NCBI GenBank assembly: GCA_035450165.1
Contig: DAOTMI010000002.1
Location: 12,343-72,896 of the forward strand
Length of the DNA: 60,554 nt
Direction of reading: 5' to 3'
Source: Candidatus Woesebacteria bacterium
Lineage (GTDB): Bacteria; Patescibacteriota; Microgenomatia; UBA12405
Below, piece by piece: positions 53,666-60,554 of this stretch (position 1 is the stretch's first letter; every line of letters begins with the position of its first letter). The notes under the pieces are model-generated. The model saw nothing but the letters and a program-made list of their open reading frames with translations, ran no database searches and had not been told where the DNA came from. Both the position numbers and the translations under genes were made by a program.

Positions 53666-54582
53666 TTAAACCCATCCTTTCCATTATTATAGTTTCATAT
53701 AATACCGCCGATATTACCATCAATTGTCTACGATCAATCCTAACTGATAAAGGCCTGAAAAACATTCCTTACGAAATTATTATTATTGACAATAATTCTA
53801 AAGATAATTCTGTCAATGAAATTAAAAAAACATTTACTAGATATATCTCTAATTTTACCTTAAAAATTATCAAAAATTCCTGCAATCTTGGTTTTGGTAA
53901 AGCCAATAATCAAGGTTTAAAAATAGCCCAGGGTAATTACATCTTATTTTTAAATTCCGACACAATCGTTCTACACTCCTCTATTTCTCAAGCTCTTGAC
54001 TGGCTTTGCTCCCATCCAGAGGCAGCCGCCTGCACTGCTCAACTTTTAAATAAAGATAAAACCATTCAAGCTTCTGGCGGTTTTTTTCCAAATTTAGCGA
54101 ATATGTTAACCTGGTCGCTAGGTCTTGATGATTTGCCGGGAATCAACTACCTAATCAAGCCTTTTCATCCTCATCCTCCAAAATTTTATACCCATGATTC
54201 CTTTTATCTACGAGATCATCAACAAGATTGGATTACCGGCGCTTTCATGCTAATTCGCCGGGAATTACTTGATAAGATTGGTGGTTTCGATGAAAATTAT
54301 TTTATGTATGGTGAGGAGGTTGAGCTGGCTTATCGCTTAAAGCAAATTACCACCAACAATCAAATTTGGTATTTAGTCGGCCCTCAAATAATTCATTTTG
54401 GTCGAGCGTCGGCGGCTGATCAATCTCAACCAATTTTAAATGAATATCGAGGTGTTTTAGCCTTCTTTAAAAAACACAAGCCTTACTATCAATTTGTCAT
54501 AGCTCAGTTCCTGATTAAAACCAACGCTTGGTTAAGAAGTTTGATCAGGCCGGTTTATCGCCGTGTTTATCAACAATTATGA
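53662..54582 (+). CDS. GT2 glycosyltransferase
   Basis: Motifs LSIIIVSYNT, IIIIDNNSKDNS, NLGFGKANNQG, FLNSDTIV and GEEVELAYR. Confidence 0.75.
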   Translation: MIKPILSIIIVSYNTADITINCLRSILTDKGLKNIPYEIIIIDNNSKDNSVNEIKKTFTRYISNFTLKIIKNSCNLGFGKANNQGLKIAQGNYILFLNSDTIVLHSSISQALDWLCSHPEAAACTAQLLNKDKTIQASGGFFPNLANMLTWSLGLDDLPGINYLIKPFHPHPPKFYTHDSFYLRDHQQDWITGAFMLIRRELLDKIGGFDENYFMYGEEVELAYRLKQITTNNQIWYLVGPQIIHFGRASAADQSQPILNEYRGVLAFFKKHKPYYQFVIAQFLIKTNAWLRSLIRPVYRRVYQQL

Positions 54583-55952
54583 ATATTTTAAGGCCAATTT
54601 TAGCAATTCTGATCATTTTTATTCCTCTTTATCCCAAATTTCCCTTATGGGGAGTGGCTGATACTTACGTGGCTATTCGTTTAGACGATTTAGTCGTGGC
54701 AATAGCTGTTTTCATCTGGCTTCTTTACCAAATTAAACATCATTTTCCAATTCTAAAAGAAAAAATAACTTGGCTTGTTTTGGCTTACTTAGCGGCTATT
54801 TTGCTCAGCACCCTTTACGCCATTTTTATTTTCCAGGTAGTTTCATCTCATCTTCTTATTTTAAATTTTCTCCGTCGAATCGAATACATATCTCTTATGT
54901 TTATTACTATTTCCGCTGTTCAAAATAAAAAGGATTTAAATTTCACTTATATTTCTCTCATCATTACCGTCCTACTGGTTTCTATTTACGGATTTGGTCA
55001 AAAATATCTTCATTTTCCTGTTATCTCAACTATGAATTCAGAATTTTCTAAAGGACAACTCCTTCAGATGGATGTTTGGACAAGGATTAGCTCCACTTTT
55101 GCCGGCCATTATGATTTAGCCGCTTACTTAACTCTAGTTCTGATTATTATTGGCAGTTTATTTTTAATTAGCCGCTCAAAATCCTCAAAATACATTAGTT
55201 TAATCACCTGGTTGATCGGCTTTAGTCTTCTTAATTTAACTGCTTCTCGAATTTCCACTTTTGCATTTTGGGGAGGAATGATTTTAGCCTTGATTTTCAT
55301 CAAAAAGTATCTTTGGATTATTCCTTTTTCAATCTTAATGATTTTTAGCATTATCAACTCCAAAGATCTTAATCGACGGCTCGTGGCAACCTTGAACTAT
55401 CTGCCCCAACACTTTCCTTCTCTTCCTCAACAATCACCATTAACCAACACTCTTACTCCTACCCCTGTCTCTAGTCCAACCGTAACCCAATCAACTCCAA
55501 CCACAATTCTCTCTTCCAAACCTGTCCCTACTGTCTTTCATCATCTACCGGCAATAGAAGAATTTCCATCAATCGATACTGATGCCGGAGTAGCCCGATC
55601 GGGCGAAATTAGATTCAATGCTGAGTGGCCACGGGCGATTAATGCCTTCAAACGCAATATTTTTCTTGGCAGCGGTCCAGGCTCAATTACCTTAGCCACT
55701 GATAACGATTATCTACGTCTTCTGGGTGAAAGTGGTCTTTTGGGTTTAATTACCTTCTTAATTATCTTCCTCTATTTTATCTATCAAACAATTAAAAAGC
55801 CGAGTCATTTGGCATTTATTTTTCTCGCTTGTTTAATAGCCACTGGAGCCAACGCCCTTTTTATTGATGTTTGGGAAGCTTCTAAGTTTGCTTACACCTT
55901 TTGGATTATGATGGGTATTTACTATCAGGTTTTAAAATTTAATAATGACTAA
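54579..55952 (+). CDS. O-antigen ligase/polymerase-like (Wzy_C-type) polytopic membrane protein with an inserted Pro/Thr/Ser-rich loop
   Basis: About 457 aa with 10 or more helices and a large external loop. I prefer the ATG at 54579 (ATGA overlap) over 54528. Confidence 0.5.
   Translation: MNILRPILAILIIFIPLYPKFPLWGVADTYVAIRLDDLVVAIAVFIWLLYQIKHHFPILKEKITWLVLAYLAAILLSTLYAIFIFQVVSSHLLILNFLRRIEYISLMFITISAVQNKKDLNFTYISLIITVLLVSIYGFGQKYLHFPVISTMNSEFSKGQLLQMDVWTRISSTFAGHYDLAAYLTLVLIIIGSLFLISRSKSSKYISLITWLIGFSLLNLTASRISTFAFWGGMILALIFIKKYLWIIPFSILMIFSIINSKDLNRRLVATLNYLPQHFPSLPQQSPLTNTLTPTPVSSPTVTQSTPTTILSSKPVPTVFHHLPAIEEFPSIDTDAGVARSGEIRFNAEWPRAINAFKRNIFLGSGPGSITLATDNDYLRLLGESGLLGLITFLIIFLYFIYQTIKKPSHLAFIFLACLIATGANALFIDVWEASKFAYTFWIMMGIYYQVLKFNND
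55404..55532 (+). other. Pro/Thr/Ser-rich low-complexity segment inside the Wzy-like CDS
   Basis: Encodes PQHFPSLPQQSPLTNTLTPTPVSSPTVTQSTPTTILSSKPVPT. Confidence 0.85.
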
Positions 55953-57297
55953 AAAAATTTTAATTCTGGTGACTTTAATTTTGGGACTTATTGTCCGCCT
56001 TTATAAAATTGACAGCCCTATAGCTGACTGGCATTCCTGGCGCCAGGCCGACACTGCCTCGGTCACCAAAAATTTTATTAATCACACTGGTACTTTTTTC
56101 ATTCCCACTTACCATGACCTATCTAATATCCCTTCTGGTCAAGAAAATCCCCATGGCTACCGAATGGTAGAATTACCAATTTATAATTTGATTGCGGCGG
56201 GGTTATCCAAATTTTGCTCTGTCGAAATCGCCTCTCGATTAGTTTCCATCTTCTTCTCTCTTGGCAGTGCCCTTCTAGTTTATTTTATTACTATCAGTTG
56301 GACTAAGAACTTTAAAATCGGTTTCTTCGCTTTTAGCATTTTTCTCTTTCTCCCTTTTAATATCTACTATTCTCGAACAATTCTGCCTGAACCAACAGCA
56401 GTTTTTTTTATGCTCCTCTCTCTCTATTTATTTACAACCAACTTTTATCTTAGTGCCATTGCTTTAGCTATTTCGGTTTTAATTAAACCTTATACCGCTC
56501 TTCTTCTTTTCCCTATTTTTTTATTTCTGTCCTGGCATAAAAAAATAACTGCTAAATTTGCCTTCTGCTTAATTGCCTTCTTACCCCTATTTTTCTGGCG
56601 CCTCTGGATAAAAAACTTTCCCGCCGGTATTCCTGCTTCGGCTTGGCTTTTTAATGGCGGCAAGATGCGCTTTCGACCAGTCTGGTTCCGTTGGTTATTT
56701 TATGAAAGAATAGGCAAATTAATTATGGGAGTCTTAGGGGTTATCCCTCTTTATTTGGGTTTGGCTTTCCGAAAAAACAAAAATCGATCACTTTGCTTTT
56801 TTCTTTTCCTCGGCATTTTAACTTATTTTAGTGTCATTGCTAGAGGAAATATCCAACATGACTATTACCAAATTTTAATCATCCCCTTTATCGCCATAAT
56901 CACCGGTATTGGGCTAAATTATATGTTTAAATTCTCGTCATTTTTGGGCACCATTATCGTCATTATTTTTGCCTTGGCTTTTTCCTGGTACCAAATAAGA
57001 GATTATTACATTATTGACCCAGCCATAGTTGAGGCTGGCCAAGCCGCCCAACAACTTCTTCCGAAAGATGCTTGGGTTATTGCTCCACGTAATGGTGATA
57101 CTGCTTTTCTTTACCAAACGAATCATGCCGGCTGGCCAATCGAAATCTATGATTTAGAAACTCTTAAGAGTCGTTACCCTGAAAAAAAGTTCTATTTAGT
57201 AACTGTTAATAAAAACAGTTATACTACCGAATTAAAAGAAAAATATTCCGTTATAATAGACAATAATAACTATACTATAGTAGATTTAAATAAATGA
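55945..57297 (+). CDS. GT-C membrane glycosyltransferase (GT39/PMT_2/ArnT-like)
   Basis: Has the first-loop motif ADWHSWRQADTASVTKNF and is polytopic at 450 aa. Confidence 0.65.
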   Translation: MTKKILILVTLILGLIVRLYKIDSPIADWHSWRQADTASVTKNFINHTGTFFIPTYHDLSNIPSGQENPHGYRMVELPIYNLIAAGLSKFCSVEIASRLVSIFFSLGSALLVYFITISWTKNFKIGFFAFSIFLFLPFNIYYSRTILPEPTAVFFMLLSLYLFTTNFYLSAIALAISVLIKPYTALLLFPIFLFLSWHKKITAKFAFCLIAFLPLFFWRLWIKNFPAGIPASAWLFNGGKMRFRPVWFRWLFYERIGKLIMGVLGVIPLYLGLAFRKNKNRSLCFFLFLGILTYFSVIARGNIQHDYYQILIIPFIAIITGIGLNYMFKFSSFLGTIIVIIFALAFSWYQIRDYYIIDPAIVEAGQAAQQLLPKDAWVIAPRNGDTAFLYQTNHAGWPIEIYDLETLKSRYPEKKFYLVTVNKNSYTTELKEKYSVIIDNNNYTIVDLNK

Positions 57298-58508
57298 CTC
57301 CTAAAAGAAGGATTTTAATGATCACCCCTTATTTGCCCCGCCGGTGTCAGTCAGGCGGTCAAACCAGTTCTTATTATTCTATTAAATATCTGGCCAAAGA
57401 AAACGATATTACTTTAATCAGCTTCAGCCGGGATAAGGAGGGATTGGAGGAAATAAGTCAATATTGTCATCAAGTAATTGTAGTTAAACGAGGTCTAACT
57501 TGGGATCTTAAAAAAATACTTTTTACTGGGTTCAGTGTTTACCCATTTTTAGTTGTTAACTATCTTTCCAAAGATCTTCAACAAACCATTGCCCAAGAAC
57601 TACAAAAGAACCATTACGATTTAATTCACTGTGAATGTTTTTATCTAATGCCCAATATTCCGCCAACCAAAATTCCCATCGTCATGGTTGATCAAACCAT
57701 TGAATATGCCGTTTATCAACACTATGTTCAAACTCTTCATGGATGGAAAAAACTTATTACTCCTCTCTTGTGGATTGATGTATGGAAACTAAAATACTGG
57801 GAGATCTTTTATTGGAAACACACCCACACTGTGACTGCTTTTTCCACCGAAGATCAGGAAATTATTAGTCAAATAACCGGCAGAAAAGATATTCGTCTTT
57901 TTCAAAACGGAGTTGATAAAAGATTTTACGATTCTGTTGCCAAAACAGCTAAAAGCAAAAACCCTTCGATTTTATTTGGTGTTTCCAATATGAAATGGAT
58001 GCAGAACAGGGAAGCGGTCGAAATCCTTTATTATGATCTTTGGCCCAAAATTAAACAAGCTATTCCTCAGTGCGAACTCTATATCATCGGTCGGAATGCT
58101 CCGGAAAAATATGGCCACCTCCGTTCCACTGATGTCTTCGTTAATGAAGCCGAAAGTGACGGTCAACCACATGATCCCCAGTATTACTATAATTATTGCT
58201 GGGTATTAGTAGCTCCTATTGGCAGTGGGGGAGGAAGCCGTAATAAATTTTTCGAAGCTATGGCTTGTCGGCTACCAATTATTACTACTCCGGAAGGAAT
58301 GGGGGGTATTAAAATTACTAACTTCGTCGAATCAATTGTTTGCCCCTATCAGGATTTAGTTAAATACACTATAGAGTTGTTAAAAAACAAAAAAAGGAGG
58401 GAGGCAATTGGTCGAGCTGCCAATCGTCTTATTAAAAAAAATTATTCCTATGAAAAAAGTGCTCAAGGATTAAACCAAATTTATGGATCTCTCAATCATC
58501 ATTCTTAA
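57294..58508 (+). CDS. GT4 glycosyltransferase
   Basis: N-terminus ILMITPYLPRRCQSGGQ and C-terminus GSGGGSRNKFFEAMACRLPIITTPEG. Confidence 0.7.
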   Translation: MTPKRRILMITPYLPRRCQSGGQTSSYYSIKYLAKENDITLISFSRDKEGLEEISQYCHQVIVVKRGLTWDLKKILFTGFSVYPFLVVNYLSKDLQQTIAQELQKNHYDLIHCECFYLMPNIPPTKIPIVMVDQTIEYAVYQHYVQTLHGWKKLITPLLWIDVWKLKYWEIFYWKHTHTVTAFSTEDQEIISQITGRKDIRLFQNGVDKRFYDSVAKTAKSKNPSILFGVSNMKWMQNREAVEILYYDLWPKIKQAIPQCELYIIGRNAPEKYGHLRSTDVFVNEAESDGQPHDPQYYYNYCWVLVAPIGSGGGSRNKFFEAMACRLPIITTPEGMGGIKITNFVESIVCPYQDLVKYTIELLKNKKRREAIGRAANRLIKKNYSYEKSAQGLNQIYGSLNHHS

Positions 58509-59397
58509 CTACAAATCCTCCGATTATCTGGCCAAATGCCTTAAAAGCATTTATGCTTCAAAGTTAGGTAAATATAAAGTGGAAATTATTGTTGTTGATA
58601 ATCACTCTCCTGATAACAGCATCAAATTAGCTCAGTCTCTTAAACCTTTACTAATTACTAATTACTATTTACTAAATACCAACAACGGTTTCGCTTATGG
58701 TAATAATATTGGCGTTAAACATGCCGACAAAAACTCTCGTTATCTTCTCTTTCTCAACCCCGACACCACCGTCAAACCAGATACTTTTTATCACTGCCTT
58801 CAATTTATGGATCAACACCATGAAGCAGCGGCCATGACAGTTAAAATAAATTTAGCTAAAACCGGTAAGATTCAACCAGAATGTCATCGTGGTTTTCCTT
58901 ATCCTTGGCGATCGTTTTGTTACTTTACCGGCCTTTATAAATTAGCACCTCATTCTGCCTTTCTTAATGGTTATTTTCAGGGCAATTTAGACCTAAATAC
59001 AATTCATCCTATTGAAGCCTGCGTCGGTGCCTTTCTTTTGGTTCGAAAAACAGTTGGAGATCAATTAAAATGGTGGAATGAAAAATATCGTTTCTATGGC
59101 GAGGATCTCGACTTTTGTTTTAAATTAAAAATTTCAAATTTTAAATTATACTACTATCCCTACACCAGTATTAATCACTATCAAGGTATTTCTTCCGGGT
59201 TAAAATCCCAAACCAAACAATTAACAACAGCCGATAGAACCACTAAAATTAGGACTGCCAAAGCATCTACTGAAGCGATGCGAATCTTTTATCAAGAAAA
59301 CCTCTTAAAAAACTATAATTTTCTCATTAAATATTTAGTTTTACTTGGGATAAATATTCTAGAAATTTATCGCGTTTTCAAAGCAAAACATTTATAG
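58483..59397 (+). CDS. GT2 glycosyltransferase
   Basis: Motifs LSIIILNYKS, IIVVDNHSPDNS, NNGFAYGNNIG, FLNPDT and GEDLDFCFK. Confidence 0.75.
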   Translation: MDLSIIILNYKSSDYLAKCLKSIYASKLGKYKVEIIVVDNHSPDNSIKLAQSLKPLLITNYYLLNTNNGFAYGNNIGVKHADKNSRYLLFLNPDTTVKPDTFYHCLQFMDQHHEAAAMTVKINLAKTGKIQPECHRGFPYPWRSFCYFTGLYKLAPHSAFLNGYFQGNLDLNTIHPIEACVGAFLLVRKTVGDQLKWWNEKYRFYGEDLDFCFKLKISNFKLYYYPYTSINHYQGISSGLKSQTKQLTTADRTTKIRTAKASTEAMRIFYQENLLKNYNFLIKYLVLLGINILEIYRVFKAKHL

Positions 59398-59427
59398 CTA
59401 GTAATCAGCAAATAGAAATTATAATTT

Positions 59428-60504
59428 ATGAAAAGGATTTTAATTGATGCTCGGCTTTACGGTCCGAAACATACCGGAATTGGTCGTTATACCAAGAATT
59501 TACTATTAGCCTTGGCTGATTTACCCGATTTTTCCAACTATCAGTTTTCAGTTCTGGTAGCTGAACTGCACCCTGAACTAAAAAAATATCACCAAATTGT
59601 TACCAATATCCGCCATTACTCCTGGCAAGAACAGATTTTTCTACCATCGATGATCTATAACTTGCAACCTCACTTGGTGCATTTTACTCACTTTAATAAG
59701 CCTATTTTTTACCATGGCTCATCAGTAATTACCATTCACGACTTGATTAAACATTTTTTTACTGGCCAAGCAACAACTACTAAAAGCCCATTGCTATATT
59801 GGCCGAAACAGTGGCTCTATTTGCTTATTACCAAAATTAATATCAAAAATAATTACCTAATTACCCCCAGCAACTTTTGGCGCCGATATATATTGGATAC
59901 ATATCGGATCAAACCGGAAAAAATCATTACTACCTATGAAGCCGTCGATCCAAAATTGCTTGCGGGGGTGTGTGAAACGCGCCCCCATACTAAAAATTAC
60001 ATATTGTATACCGGCAATCTTTACCCCCATAAAAATCTTCAAGTAGTAATTGAAGCTCTCCAATATCTGCCGCAAATAAAATTAAAAATTATTTGCAGTC
60101 GGGATTACTTTCTAGAAAAATTTAAACAAAAACATCACGACAATCCCCAAATTGAATTTCTTGGTTTTGTTCCAGATGAAAAATTTAAAGAAATTTATTC
60201 TCAAGCTTTGTGCTTAGTCCACCCTTCATTAATGGAGGGATTTTCTCTTACTGGCTTAGAAGCTATGGCCTTAAATTGTCCGGTAATTGCCAGCAATGCC
60301 TCATGCTTGCCTGAAATTTACAGTGATTCTGTCCTTTATTTTGATCCCCATAATCCCTTGGATTTGGCCCAAAAAATTAAGTTGCTTACTCCCGAATATC
60401 GCCAACAATTAATTAAAAAAGGTCATCAGCAGGTCAAAAAATATTCCTGGCAAAAAACTGCTCGGCAAACTTTAGATTTTTACAAAAAAATACTAGACCA
60501 GTAA
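59428..60504 (+). CDS. GT4 glycosyltransferase
   Basis: Contains TGIGRYTKNL, GNLYPHKN and MEGFSLTGLEAMALNCPVIASNASCLPEI. Confidence 0.75.
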   Translation: MKRILIDARLYGPKHTGIGRYTKNLLLALADLPDFSNYQFSVLVAELHPELKKYHQIVTNIRHYSWQEQIFLPSMIYNLQPHLVHFTHFNKPIFYHGSSVITIHDLIKHFFTGQATTTKSPLLYWPKQWLYLLITKINIKNNYLITPSNFWRRYILDTYRIKPEKIITTYEAVDPKLLAGVCETRPHTKNYILYTGNLYPHKNLQVVIEALQYLPQIKLKIICSRDYFLEKFKQKHHDNPQIEFLGFVPDEKFKEIYSQALCLVHPSLMEGFSLTGLEAMALNCPVIASNASCLPEIYSDSVLYFDPHNPLDLAQKIKLLTPEYRQQLIKKGHQQVKKYSWQKTARQTLDFYKKILDQ

Positions 60505-60554
60505 TTAGTAATTAGTAATTAGTAATTAGTAATTAGTAATTAGTAATTAGTAAT
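60501..60554. repeat. Perfect heptanucleotide tandem repeat, (GTAATTA) x7.7, truncated by the window end
   Basis: GTAATTA is repeated with no mismatch from 60501 to the last base. The first unit contains the TAA stop of the GT4 gene. Confidence 0.95.

Noticed and set aside
60501-60554. The heptamer array, and the 14329..14372 repeats, as a CRISPR array.
   Set aside because: The units are 5-7 nt and directly adjacent with no spacers. There are no cas genes in the window. These are microsatellites, not CRISPR.
1-60554. The whole region as a mobile genomic island or prophage.
   Set aside because: I see no integrase, transposase, tRNA attachment site, phage gene or long direct repeat. The only selfish-looking element is the small DUF559/hairpin-repeat cassette at 2867..3300.

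Overview
The window is AT-rich (about one-third G+C by eye), roughly 98% coding, and uses the standard bacterial code, since TGA acts as a stop in several ATGA start/stop overlaps. I found no rRNA, tRNA, CRISPR array, transposase or integrase. Almost the whole window is one very large cell-surface glycosylation locus. Of about 56 CDS I count: 13 polytopic GT-C-type membrane proteins (ArnT/PMT/GT39-, GT87- and TMTC-like, several in paralogous sets); 1 Wzy/O-antigen-ligase-like protein; 14 GT2 enzymes, three of the polyprenyl-phosphate-sugar-synthase (DPM1/ArnC/GtrB) type; 9 GT4 enzymes; a Wzx flippase; a Wzm/Wzt ABC exporter; a UPF0104 (MprF-flippase-like) membrane protein; Ugd and GalE; two tandem Tyv/RfbE-like SDR epimerases; a PfkB sugar kinase; two B12-binding radical SAM enzymes; a SAM methyltransferase; and a hexapeptide acyltransferase. 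At the left edge is a sortase-anchored (IPKTG) DUF11-type surface protein that the ORF track misses. Gene content and compaction suggest an uncultivated small-genome bacterium such as CPR/Patescibacteria; that is inference only, with no search run. Non-genic structure worth a second look:
- a two-hairpin REP/MITE-like element in three copies, bracketing a DUF559 endonuclease gene, with one copy embedded in frame in a GT-C gene;
- back-to-back start codons inside a CATATATG palindrome;
- -10 boxes sitting 6-10 nt from nearly every operon-leading start codon, implying leaderless mRNAs;
- a G8 tract inside a GT-C paralog;
- an in-frame TAA separating a GT2 gene from a GT-C gene;
- GTAATTA/AATTCGT heptamer microsatellites.
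All family calls rest on motifs recognised by eye and need HMM or structure confirmation.
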